Source: an uncultured Aquiluna sp.
GTDB taxonomy: Bacteria > Actinomycetota > Actinomycetes > Actinomycetales > Microbacteriaceae
DNA: 48,196 nt
Assembly (NCBI GenBank): GCA_964593635.1
Contig: CAZQHT010000003.1
Span: 2,490 to 50,685 of the forward strand
Direction of reading: 5' to 3'
In this document: in pieces, positions 21,009-29,866 of the stretch
How positions within the stretch are numbered: the stretch's first letter is position 1
How the letters are laid out: each line of letters opens with the position of its first letter
Made by a program: the position numbers and the translations under genes
Notes under the pieces: generated by a model
The model's database searches: none
Told to the model about the DNA's origin: nothing
The model's input: the letters and a program-made list of their open reading frames with translations, nothing else

Positions 21009-22649
21009 CTAGCCAACTCTGGCTTTGGCATCCATCGCCATCTTCCAAGTCGCATAGCCGCCGTCAAGGTTTCGAACGCTGATGCCGTGACTGCGCAGAA
21101 TCTGGGTGGCGGTGTGACCGCGCTGACCCACTGCGCAGTGAACAATCACGTCTTTACCCTTTAGTTCGTTGATGTGTTCACGGAGCTCATCAACCGGAAT
21201 GAGAGTTGCGCCTGGGATGCTTCCAGCCAGGTTTTCTTCCTTGGTTCGAACATCGATCACAAGGGCTCCTGCAGCCTGAGCTGCCGCTAGCTCGTGCCAC
21301 TGAATGGTTGGGGTCTTACCCTCAATTACGTTGTTGCCGACATAACCAGTTTGATTGATTGCATCCTTGGCTGAGCCAAAAGCTGGTGCGTAGGCAAGCT
21401 CTAGGTTCATCAGGTCATCGATTGTTAGTCCTGCATAAATGGCAGTTGCGATTACGTCGATTCGCTTGTCCACTCCATCGCGGCCAATTCCCTGAGCACC
21501 CAGAATCTTTCCGGTTTCTGGGTCAAACAAGACCTTGAGGCTGAGTCTTTCAGCACCTGGGTAATAGCCAGCGTGACTTGATGGGTGCAGGTGGATTACC
21601 TGGTGAGGTATGCCCATGCGCTTAGCTAGACCTTCAGTCAGTCCAGTCAGCGCGGCTGCCATGCCGTAGGCACCGATGATTCCGGTGCCGATTGACTTGC
21701 GGGCAACTACCTTTTCACCTGCCACAACATCTGCCACTAGGCGGCCGTGGCGATTAGCCAAGTTGGCAAGCCAAATCATCTGATTCTCACCAGTGAGCGC
21801 GCTTACCTTTTCGGCTGCATCTCCGACTGCATAGATATCTTTGTTCGAAGTGCGCATTTGGTCATCCACCCAAATGCCTCCTGCTTCACCAATCCTGAGC
21901 CCTGCGTCAACGGCAAGGTGATGGTCGGCCACCACACCAATCGCCGCGACCACAAGGTCTGCAGCAATTACTCGCCCATCCTTTAGCCTCAGAGAGTCGT
22001 TCAAGACTTCTTCAGTCTCTCCTCGGAGCGCAAGCTTGATGCCGTTATTCACCAACTCTGCCTGGAGCGGCTCGATCATTTCCTGGTCAAACTGATTGAG
22101 GATCTGGTCGCCAAGCTGAACGATGGTGGTCTCGATGCCTCTGTGCTGCAGGTTCTCTGCAAGCTCGACTCCAATGAATCCGGCACCAATGATTGCTGCC
22201 GACTTGACCTTCTTGCTGTCGACCAGTTCCTTGATCCGAAGGGCATCAGGCACATCCCGCAGCACATGAGCACGCTCAAGGCCTGGAATTGGAATCATTC
22301 TTGGCTTGGCTCCGGTCGAGAGAATTAGAGAGTCGTAGGACTCGGTGTAGCTCTCGCCTGAAACAAGGTTTTTGACCTCGACTGTTTTGGAAGCTGGGTT
22401 GATTTTGGTAACTCGGTTGTTGACTCGGACATCGAGGTTGAAGCGAGCATGAAGCGACTCAGGAGTTTGTAGCAGCAGAGAACGCTTCTCAGGAATTACT
22501 TCACCCACGTGATACGGCAGACCACAGTTTGCATAGGAAACGTGAGGACCTTGCTCGAAGATGATTATTTCCGCATCTTCCTTTAGCCTGCGCAACCTGG
22601 TAGCAGCAGACATTCCGCCTGCAACGCCACCAACAATTAGAACCTTCAC
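21009..22649 (-). CDS. CoA-disulfide/persulfide reductase with C-terminal rhodanese domain (CoADR-RHD)
   Basis: GGVAGGMSAA (FAD), SYANCGLPY (redox Cys), GAGFIG, HAGYYPG, LELAYAP and the rhodanese loop CAVGQRG. Confidence 0.9.
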   Translation of the reverse strand: MKVLIVGGVAGGMSAATRLRRLKEDAEIIIFEQGPHVSYANCGLPYHVGEVIPEKRSLLLQTPESLHARFNLDVRVNNRVTKINPASKTVEVKNLVSGESYTESYDSLILSTGAKPRMIPIPGLERAHVLRDVPDALRIKELVDSKKVKSAAIIGAGFIGVELAENLQHRGIETTIVQLGDQILNQFDQEMIEPLQAELVNNGIKLALRGETEEVLNDSLRLKDGRVIAADLVVAAIGVVADHHLAVDAGLRIGEAGGIWVDDQMRTSNKDIYAVGDAAEKVSALTGENQMIWLANLANRHGRLVADVVAGEKVVARKSIGTGIIGAYGMAAALTGLTEGLAKRMGIPHQVIHLHPSSHAGYYPGAERLSLKVLFDPETGKILGAQGIGRDGVDKRIDVIATAIYAGLTIDDLMNLELAYAPAFGSAKDAINQTGYVGNNVIEGKTPTIQWHELAAAQAAGALVIDVRTKEENLAGSIPGATLIPVDELREHINELKGKDVIVHCAVGQRGHTATQILRSHGISVRNLDGGYATWKMAMDAKARVG

Positions 22650-22981
22650 TACCTGACGACCCTCATTCCAGAGCGCTGCCAGTTGGACATGCCGCCGCTA
22701 ACGTTTGTGACCTTGTAGCCGGCGCGAGCAAGGATTCCAGCGGCTTGAGCAGAGCGCATTCCCGACTGGCAAATAACCAGAATCTCGCGCTCCTTAGGAA
22801 TCTCGTGAAGTCTTGACTCAAGTGAGCCCAGTGAAATCAGCTTCGCTCCAGGAGCGTGGCCGCCGCGGTACTCGCTGCTCTCGCGAACATCGATCAGCGT
22901 CGCACCAGCATCCTGAGCTGCCTTGGCTTGCTCAGGGGAAACGGTTGCGTACTTCTTCTTTAGAAAATCAAAAAGGCCCAT
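22649..22981 (-). CDS. Single-domain rhodanese (sulfurtransferase)
   Basis: LIDVRE, GHAPGA, CQSGMRS, GGMSNW; 1-nt overlap with the CoADR gene. Confidence 0.9.
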   Translation of the reverse strand: MGLFDFLKKKYATVSPEQAKAAQDAGATLIDVRESSEYRGGHAPGAKLISLGSLESRLHEIPKEREILVICQSGMRSAQAAGILARAGYKVTNVSGGMSNWQRSGMRVVR

Positions 22982-23298
22982 TACTTGCTGGCCTCAAATG
23001 ACACAGTCTTTCCAGCACCGATCCAGCTGCCAGTTCCGCCAGCCACAGAGACCACGTCGTAGCCCTGAGCTTCTAGGTAGTTGGCTGCCTTCATTGAGCG
23101 CACGCCACCCTGGCAGATCAACCAAACAGTCTCGCCCTCAGGGATCTCGCTAATCCGATCCGGGACAGTGTTCAGAGGGATGTGGTGAGCGTTCGGAACG
23201 TGACCGTTCTCAAATTCGTCCGCCTCGCGAACGTCAACTACGTGTGCACCGAGAGCGATTGCCTGCTCTAGTTCGTCGATGGTTACTTCTTTAGCCAT
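22981..23298 (-). CDS. Single-domain rhodanese (sulfurtransferase)
   Basis: VVDVRE, GHVPNA, CQGGVRS, GGTGSW. Confidence 0.9.
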   Translation of the reverse strand: MAKEVTIDELEQAIALGAHVVDVREADEFENGHVPNAHHIPLNTVPDRISEIPEGETVWLICQGGVRSMKAANYLEAQGYDVVSVAGGTGSWIGAGKTVSFEASK

Positions 23299-23318
23299 GG
23301 TCTTTACCTTTCAAGGAA

Positions 23319-23576
23319 TTAGCTGAGGGATAAAAATGCTTTTTCAAGTTTTGCTCTGTCGGCTTTGCCTTCGGCATCGTTGCCACAGGTGGCCATGCCG
23401 CTTGCGATCAGTGAGAAGGCAGCGCGGGAGACAGCCGCCTGGGCTGCCGCAAGCTGAGTGAGCACATCGGCACAATCTCTGCCCTCTTCAAGCATCTTGA
23501 TGATGCCTCCGAGCTGACCCTGGGCGCGGGACAGGCGCTTTTTTACCGAATCCAGATCTTCCTGAGGAATATCCAA
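23319..23576 (-). CDS. CsoR/RcnR-family repressor, CstR-like
   Basis: RLSRAQGQLGGIIKMLEEGRDC.DVLTQLAA; second Cys in ASGMATC, with Gly at the position of the Cu-ligand His. Confidence 0.88.
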   Translation of the reverse strand: MDIPQEDLDSVKKRLSRAQGQLGGIIKMLEEGRDCADVLTQLAAAQAAVSRAAFSLIASGMATCGNDAEGKADRAKLEKAFLSLS

Positions 23577-23616
23577 AACGTGTCTCCAATCAACTTGACG
23601 AGCGCAACTCTATCAC

Positions 23617-23632
23617 ATACCCTAGGGGGTAT
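23617..23632. promoter_or_regulatory. CsoR/CstR-type operator (copy 2) in the divergent promoter region
   Basis: ATACCCTAGGGGGTAT. Contains the rightward -10 TACCCT (17 bp after TTGACG at 23595-23600) and lies just upstream of the leftward -10 TAGAGT (23607-23612). Confidence 0.85.
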
Positions 23633-23649
23633 CTGGAAAGGACCACGAA

Positions 23650-24021
23650 ATGAAGTTTCTAAAGTTTGTAGTTGCAGCCTTGATCGCTGTGTTCGCCACC
23701 ACCTCACTGGCCGCTTGCTCATCAGAGCCGACCGTTGACGTCTCTGCCTATGCAGCCGTAATCGATGTTCGCACTCCAGAGGAGTGGAATGAGGGTCGCC
23801 TTGAAGGCGCTGTTCGCATGGGCATCGCAGATGCTGACTTCACCGCGCAGCTAGCAACCCTTGACCCAAGCAAGGACTACTACATCTACTGCCGCAGTGG
23901 AAACCGCGCCGGCCAGGCGATTGACTTCATGCGCCAGAACGGCTTCACCGGAGAGCTTGTAAACGGCGGTTCAGTGGCAAATGCAGCGAGCCAAACTGGA
24001 CTCGCTGTCATCACCAAATAG
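23650..24021 (+). CDS. Rhodanese-domain lipoprotein
   Basis: Signal peptide with lipobox LAAC; IDVRTPEE and CRSGNRA; GAAAGGA RBS. Confidence 0.88.
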   Translation: MKFLKFVVAALIAVFATTSLAACSSEPTVDVSAYAAVIDVRTPEEWNEGRLEGAVRMGIADADFTAQLATLDPSKDYYIYCRSGNRAGQAIDFMRQNGFTGELVNGGSVANAASQTGLAVITK

Positions 24022-24031
24022 TCAAACTATG

Positions 24032-24072
24032 AAACCGACCAGGAGTCTTTGCTGACTCCTGGTCGGTTTTTC
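24032..24072 (+). terminator. Intrinsic terminator
   Basis: AAACCGACCAGGAGTC-tttgct-GACTCCTGGTCGGTTT followed by further Ts. Confidence 0.9.
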
Positions 24073-24129
24073 ATTTACTGCCTGGGCAAAAGCCCTAGGG
24101 TTTAAGCACGTGAACCCGTGAGGCTGTAG

Positions 24130-25161
24130 TTGAAATCGTTGAACCTTGCAGTAATTGCCGGAGATGGAATTGGTCCGGAGGTGACCTCCGTTGGCCTGGC
24201 TGCCCTTGAAAAGGCTTTGCTTGGCAAGGTTGAGCTCGAAATCACAAACTATGACCTCGGTTCAGATCGCTACCTAGCAACAGGCGAAGCTCTCACCGAG
24301 GATGACCTCAGTGCCCTCAAGCAGCACGATGCAATTCTGCTCGGAGCCATTGGCGACCCGAGAGTGCCATCTGGAGTTTTGGAGCGCGGGTTGCTACTGA
24401 AGCTTCGCTTTGCATTTGATCACCACATCAACCTTCGCCCCTCAAAGCTCTTTGCTGGCGTTAGTTCTGTTTTGGCCTCACAGCCAAAGATCGACTTTGT
24501 TGTTGTTCGGGAGGGAACCGAGGGTCCCTACGTTGGAAACGGGGGCGCTATTCGCCAGGGCACCGACCACGAGATCGCGAACGAGGTTTCTGTAAACACC
24601 GCCTTTGGTGTTCGCAGAGCGGTTGAGTATGCGTTTGAACTGGCTGCGACTCGTGAGCGCAAGCACGTGACTCTGGTGCACAAGACCAATGTTTTGGTCC
24701 ACGCGGGAAAGATTTGGTTGCGGATGGTGGAGGAGGTCTCGGCTAAGTACCCGAAGGTGACTCACGATTACCTCCACATCGATGCCGCCACAATCCACAT
24801 GGTCCAGTCACCAGAACGTTTTGACGTGATTGTGACCGACAATCTGTTCGGCGACATCATCACCGATTTGGCTGCTGCAGTTTGCGGCGGCATTGGCCTG
24901 GCAGCATCGGCTAACCTAAACCCCACCGGAGCTTTCCCCTCCATGTTCGAACCCGTTCATGGATCAGCCCCGGACATCGCCGGAAAAAACCTGGCGGACC
25001 CAACTGCGGCAATCCTTTCCGCAGCACTTTTGGCAAAGACCCTTGGTTTCAAGGATGCTGCCGAAAGAATCGAAGCGGCAGTCGCAAAAGACCTTCTTAG
25101 CCGCGGAGACCAAAAGCGTTCTACTGACCAGGTTGCCCAGAGCATTCTGGATTTGATCTAA
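24130..25161 (+). CDS. leuB: 3-isopropylmalate dehydrogenase
   Basis: [40 protein letters not shown]. Confidence 0.95.
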   Translation: MKSLNLAVIAGDGIGPEVTSVGLAALEKALLGKVELEITNYDLGSDRYLATGEALTEDDLSALKQHDAILLGAIGDPRVPSGVLERGLLLKLRFAFDHHINLRPSKLFAGVSSVLASQPKIDFVVVREGTEGPYVGNGGAIRQGTDHEIANEVSVNTAFGVRRAVEYAFELAATRERKHVTLVHKTNVLVHAGKIWLRMVEEVSAKYPKVTHDYLHIDAATIHMVQSPERFDVIVTDNLFGDIITDLAAAVCGGIGLAASANLNPTGAFPSMFEPVHGSAPDIAGKNLADPTAAILSAALLAKTLGFKDAAERIEAAVAKDLLSRGDQKRSTDQVAQSILDLI

Positions 25162-25170
25162 GGCGAAACT

Positions 25171-26256
25171 ATGAAGTTTGAAGTAACGAGAAACCAGAAC
25201 CCGACCCCGGCCGCGGAGCGTGAGGCGATTATCGCCAACCCAACCTTCGGCACCCACTTCACCGATCACCAGGTTGTGGTGGTGTGGGAGAAGGACAAGG
25301 GTTGGCACTCCGCCCAGGTGATTCCATATGGCCCGATGTTGATGGACCCATCGGCAGCTGTTTTGCACTACGGCCAGGAGATTTTCGAGGGCATCAAGGC
25401 CTACCGACACCAAGACGGGTCGATCTGGACTTTCCGCCCAGATGCGAACGCGAAGCGCCTGCAGCGCTCCGCGGACCGCATGGCATTGCCAGAGCTACCG
25501 GAAGATGTGTTTATCGATTCCCTGGCTCAATTGATTGCGGTTGATGGAGCCTGGGTTCCAAAGCCAGAGGGTGAAAAGACTCTGTATTTCAGACCCTTTG
25601 AGATTGCAGCCGAGAACTTCCTTGGGGTTAGGGCAGCTCAGCGAGTCGAGTACCGAGTAATTGCATCCCCGGTCGGCCCTTACTTCACCGGCGGAATCAA
25701 GCCGGTATCTATTTGGATTGCGCTGGATTCTGCTCGCGCTGGTCGCCACGGCACCGGTGAGGCAAAGACCGGTGGAAACTACGCCGCTTCGCTAAAGGCC
25801 CAGCAGGTTGGTTATGACAATGGCTGTAGCCAGGTCATGTTCCTAGATGCCGAGAGCGCTACCTACATCGAAGAGCTTGGCGGCATGAACCTGTTCTTTG
25901 TATACAAGGACGGCCATGTTGCCACACCGCCGCTGGATGGAACCATCCTGCGCGGTATTACCCGCGACTCTGTGATCACTCTGCTCACTGACAGGGGTAT
26001 CAAGGTTGAGCAGCGCAAGGTCAGCCTGGATGAGGTTCGAGAGGGTGTTTCCTCCGGAGAAATCGTAGAAGTATTTGCCTGCGGAACTGCGGCTGTTATC
26101 ACTCCAGTCGGGATCTTCAAGTCCCCGCAAGAGGAGCTCGTGGTTGGCGGCAACGAGCCTGGTGAGTTGACAGTCTCGATTAGGACTGAGCTAACGGGTA
26201 TTCAATACGGATTGGTCCCAGACCGTCACGGCTGGATGCGAAAGCTGGCAGACTAG
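25171..26256 (+). CDS. ilvE: Branched-chain amino acid aminotransferase
   Basis: LHYGQEIFEGIKAY, AKTGGNYA, EELGGMN, ILRGITR, CGTAAVI. Confidence 0.95.
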   Translation: MKFEVTRNQNPTPAAEREAIIANPTFGTHFTDHQVVVVWEKDKGWHSAQVIPYGPMLMDPSAAVLHYGQEIFEGIKAYRHQDGSIWTFRPDANAKRLQRSADRMALPELPEDVFIDSLAQLIAVDGAWVPKPEGEKTLYFRPFEIAAENFLGVRAAQRVEYRVIASPVGPYFTGGIKPVSIWIALDSARAGRHGTGEAKTGGNYAASLKAQQVGYDNGCSQVMFLDAESATYIEELGGMNLFFVYKDGHVATPPLDGTILRGITRDSVITLLTDRGIKVEQRKVSLDEVREGVSSGEIVEVFACGTAAVITPVGIFKSPQEELVVGGNEPGELTVSIRTELTGIQYGLVPDRHGWMRKLAD

Positions 26257-26260
26257 GCGC

Positions 26261-27013
26261 ATGCGTATTGCGAGATTCCGTCACGCAGGCAATGTTGCCT
26301 TCGGACTGGTTGAGGGAGAAAACCTCAAGGTAATTGTCGGCGAACCGTACTCGGGCATTGAGCTCTCCGGGGAGACAGTTTCCCTCTCAGATGTTGAGCT
26401 ATTGGCCCCAACAGCTCCCTCCAAAATCATCTGCATTGGCATGAACTACTCCGCTCACGCGGCGGAGATTTCACAGGATGTGCCTGAAGAGCCATTGATG
26501 TTCTTCAAGCCCTCCAGCTCGGTAACGGGCCCAGGCGCGCCAATCGTGTTGCCATGGCAATCTGATCAGGTCGAGCTCGAGTGTGAGCTGACAATTGTGG
26601 TCGGCAAAGAAGCAAAGAATGTTCCGATGGACCTAGTCGGCGACTACATCCTGGGATTCACCATCGCGAATGACGTAACTGCCCGTGACCTGCAGTTCTC
26701 GGATTTGCAGTGGGCAAGGTCAAAGGGCTTTGACAGCTTTTGCCCAATGGGGCCTTGGATTGACACCGAGTTCGACCCCCAGCAGACCATCCTTGAGTCC
26801 AGAATCAACGGCACGGTTCGCCAGCACGGCAGCACAAGGGATATGAACTTTGACGTCTACGAGATCTTCTCCTATGTGAGCCACAACGTAACTCTCTACC
26901 CGGGAGATGTAATCCTGACCGGTTCCCCTGCGGGTCTTTCCCGAATTCAAAAGGGTGACATGGTCGAGTGTGAAATCAAGGGCCTGGGAGTTTTGTCTAA
27001 CCCCGTCGCCTAG
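26261..27013 (+). CDS. Fumarylacetoacetate hydrolase family protein
   Basis: [37 protein letters not shown]; usual position upstream of gltX. Confidence 0.9.
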   Translation: MRIARFRHAGNVAFGLVEGENLKVIVGEPYSGIELSGETVSLSDVELLAPTAPSKIICIGMNYSAHAAEISQDVPEEPLMFFKPSSSVTGPGAPIVLPWQSDQVELECELTIVVGKEAKNVPMDLVGDYILGFTIANDVTARDLQFSDLQWARSKGFDSFCPMGPWIDTEFDPQQTILESRINGTVRQHGSTRDMNFDVYEIFSYVSHNVTLYPGDVILTGSPAGLSRIQKGDMVECEIKGLGVLSNPVA

Positions 27014-27027
27014 GCTTATCGACTGTT

Positions 27028-28533
27028 ATGTCAATAATTACCGCTCCCACCACAACCGCAACCGGCAAAGACATCAAGGTTCGGTTCTGCCCCTCACCAA
27101 CCGGTACTCCGCACGTTGGTTTAGTCCGAACTGCCCTGTTTAACTGGGCATATGCTCGCAAGGTAGGCGGAACATTTGTTTTCCGCATCGAAGACACCGA
27201 TGCTGCTCGGGACAGCGAAGAGAGCTACCACCAGATTGTGGATGGCCTGCGCTGGTTGGGAATGGATTGGGACGAGGGCATCGACGTCGGCGGTCCTAAC
27301 GAGCCATACCGCCAGTCTCAGCGCGGTGAGCACTATCAGGCAGTGGTCGAAAAACTGAAGGCAACAGGTCACATCTACGAGTCCTACCTAACCGGTGAAG
27401 AGATTGAAGAGCGCAACAAGGCGGCTGGCCGAGCAGTGCAGCTGGGCTACGACAACTCGGAGCGCGATCTCAGCGAGGCCGATCGCGCTCGATACATTGC
27501 CGAGGGTCGCCAGCCAGCGCTTCGACTAAGGGTTCCCGACCAGGACATCACCTTTGTTGACCTAGTTCGCGGTGAGATTACCTTTCCAGCGGGATCCTTC
27601 CCTGACTTTGTTGTGGTGCGCCCAGGCGGTCAGCCGCTCTACACATTGGTGAACCCCGTTGATGATGCCCTGATGGGCATCACCCATGTCTTGCGAGGAG
27701 AGGACCTACTTTCGTCCACGCCAAGGCAGATTGCTCTCTACAACGCGATGTATGAGGCGGGCATCACCGGCTTCATTCCGCGCTTTGGTCACCTGCCATT
27801 TGTGATGGGCGAGGGCAACAAGAAGCTTTCCAAGCGCAACCCCGAGAGCAACCTGTTTCTACACCGCGACCGCGGCTTCATCCCAGAGGGTCTGCTCAAC
27901 TACCTAGCTCTCTTGGGTTGGTCAATCGCTCCAGACCGTGACATCTTCACCATGGAGGAGCTCTGCAGCAACTTCGATGTTGAGAGCGTGAACCCAAACC
28001 CAGCGAGGTTCGACCAGAAGAAGGCCGACTCAATCAATGCTTCTCACCTGCGCCTTCTGGAAGCAAAGGACTTTGAACAGCGCCTGGTTCCTTACCTGCA
28101 GAGCGCGGGTGTCTTGAGCGCAAACCCAAGCGAGCGCGAGAAAGAGATTCTCTCGATTTCTGCTCCGCTGATCCAGGAGCGCATCACCGTGCTGTCTGAG
28201 GCTGCGGGGATGCTGGGCTTCCTATTCGAGTCAATTGACCAACTGCAGTTTGAGGCTGAGGCACTGGCTGGCCTACCCGAGAATGCCAAAGAGATTGTGC
28301 TGGCTGCCCACGCCGCACTTTTGGAGCTCGACGAGTTCAAAACCGAACAGATTCAGAACGCTCTGAGCCAGGCTTTGGTCGAAACTCTTGGAGAGAAGCC
28401 AAGAAACGCTTTCGGTCCAGTGCGAGTAGCGGTTTCGGGTCGCAGAGTCACACCTCCGCTATTTGAGTGCATGGAGATTCTCGGAAAAACTGAGTCCCTA
28501 GCTCGACTAGAGGCTTTCGCTCAATCCCGCTAA
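27028..28533 (+). CDS. gltX: Glutamate--tRNA ligase
   Basis: [31 protein letters not shown]. Confidence 0.97.
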   Translation: MSIITAPTTTATGKDIKVRFCPSPTGTPHVGLVRTALFNWAYARKVGGTFVFRIEDTDAARDSEESYHQIVDGLRWLGMDWDEGIDVGGPNEPYRQSQRGEHYQAVVEKLKATGHIYESYLTGEEIEERNKAAGRAVQLGYDNSERDLSEADRARYIAEGRQPALRLRVPDQDITFVDLVRGEITFPAGSFPDFVVVRPGGQPLYTLVNPVDDALMGITHVLRGEDLLSSTPRQIALYNAMYEAGITGFIPRFGHLPFVMGEGNKKLSKRNPESNLFLHRDRGFIPEGLLNYLALLGWSIAPDRDIFTMEELCSNFDVESVNPNPARFDQKKADSINASHLRLLEAKDFEQRLVPYLQSAGVLSANPSEREKEILSISAPLIQERITVLSEAAGMLGFLFESIDQLQFEAEALAGLPENAKEIVLAAHAALLELDEFKTEQIQNALSQALVETLGEKPRNAFGPVRVAVSGRRVTPPLFECMEILGKTESLARLEAFAQSR

Positions 28534-28564
28534 GATTGTGCGTCGGGCCCTCGGGCTCAACCCT

Positions 28565-28636
28565 TGGGGTATGGTGTAATTGGCAACACGGAGGTTTCTG
28601 GTACCTTTGTTCTTGGTTCGAGTCCAGGTACCCCAG
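28565..28636 (+). tRNA. tRNA-Gln(CTG)
   Basis: Acceptor TGGGGTA/TACCCCA; anticodon arm GAGGT-tt CTG gt-ACCTT; GGTTCGAGTCC T arm; CCA not encoded. Confidence 0.95.
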
Positions 28637-28655
28637 CAAGTTACCGGAGGTAAAA

Positions 28656-29036
28656 ATGCTTGATGCGTTTGCCTCCGGTTTTCTAGTTTTTGCGACATTT
28701 GCAACAGCGCTTTTCCAGCTCGCACTCGTGCTCGGAGCCCCCATGGGGGAATACGCATTTGGAGGCCAGACCCCAAAACTTCCCGCTCAATATCGTTTCT
28801 CAAGCGCTGTCTCTTTCTTTGTAATGCTCGCAATTTGTGGTCACTACGTGGCTCAGCTCGGGCTGCTGGATCCGCTTCTGGAGCCTGATCTAAACGGCAT
28901 AGTCAATTGGGTTTTGGTTGGATTCTTCTCGCTTGCAGCACTTCTAAACAACCTCACTAGAAGTGAAAAGGAAAAAAGACTTTGGGGCGGCGTGAGCATC
29001 GCAATGCTGCTGAGCAGCATCATCGTCGCAATCTAG
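28656..29036 (+). CDS. Hypothetical membrane protein (about 4 TM)
   Basis: ATG at 28656 after GGAGG; FQLALVLGAPMGEYAFGG...N.LTRSEKEKRLW pattern. The longer ORF-track start overlaps the tRNA. Confidence 0.75.
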   Translation: MLDAFASGFLVFATFATALFQLALVLGAPMGEYAFGGQTPKLPAQYRFSSAVSFFVMLAICGHYVAQLGLLDPLLEPDLNGIVNWVLVGFFSLAALLNNLTRSEKEKRLWGGVSIAMLLSSIIVAI

Positions 29037-29866
29037 GGATTACAGCTTTGGCACTTGGCCGGAGAGAGCGTCAAGGCAATTAGCTGGCCAAGCTCGGTGT
29101 GATCACAACTCACGCAAGCCTTTAGCTCTGCAGTGATTGCATCGGCATCAAACTCGCCGCAACCATCGCAGCTCAAGCCCCGCTCGTAAATCACTTTGCC
29201 AAAGCCAGGACATTCGCACTGCGAGCAAATCTGAGTTAGTCGCATCGCAACAAGTTCAGCGGCCTTTGTGATGTTTAGTCTTCGGCTGGGGGAGTGCATC
29301 GCTCGGTAATCACATTCGATCCGCGCAAGGCCATCGCTTGAGGCAGCGGATGAGCTAACCACTGCGTTTTGCAATGCAGCGAGTTCGCCAATGCCCTTCT
29401 CGATCTCGCCTGCTCCTGCATTCGGTCGGACAATCAGTTTTTGTTCGGGAAAGCCAACCTTCTGCAGGTAATGCTGCAGATCATCCCCGTGTCTAGAGGT
29501 GGTGGTTGCGTGTGCGATCTCGAAGGAGCGGAAGGGCTCATAAACGATGATTCCGCGCTCATCATCCACGAACACAACCAGCTCAATATTTGAGACCGTG
29601 AATGGCACTAGCGGGTCTGGTCCGATTGAACCTTCGGATGCCAGACCCAACAGTGAACCACTTGCCCTCATGCCAAGGCGAGCTTTGGCAATAGCTGTTT
29701 CCAGGGGTGTGCCAGTTCGAGGAATCTCTCCGGTGAAGGTTCCCAACTGGTCAGTGTCCAGCGCAGTCTCGACAACCTTCATGCCCAAATGCTCTTCAAA
29801 CTTCGGGGCAATCAAGGGGAGCTTTTGGTGCTTGCTGGTTAGCACAGCTACTTTGCCGGAATACAT
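29033..29866 (-). CDS. Uncharacterised protein with Cys-rich C-terminus (DUF6671-like)
   Basis: TDQLGTFTGEIPR, ASEGSIGP, DYRAMHSP; CSQCECPGF, CDGC, CVSC and CQSCNP. Confidence 0.7.
   Translation of the reverse strand: MYSGKVAVLTSKHQKLPLIAPKFEEHLGMKVVETALDTDQLGTFTGEIPRTGTPLETAIAKARLGMRASGSLLGLASEGSIGPDPLVPFTVSNIELVVFVDDERGIIVYEPFRSFEIAHATTTSRHGDDLQHYLQKVGFPEQKLIVRPNAGAGEIEKGIGELAALQNAVVSSSAASSDGLARIECDYRAMHSPSRRLNITKAAELVAMRLTQICSQCECPGFGKVIYERGLSCDGCGEFDADAITAELKACVSCDHTELGQLIALTLSPAKCQSCNP

Noticed and set aside
24089-24103. AAAGCCCTAGGGTTT upstream of leuB, sharing the CCCTAGGG core with the CstR-type operators
   Set aside because: It lacks the flanking ATAC/GTAT arms present in both operator copies and may simply contain a -10 (TAGGGT)
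28536-28655. N-terminal extension of the 166-aa ORF
   Set aside because: It overlaps tRNA-Gln; the true start is more likely ATG 28656 after GGAGG
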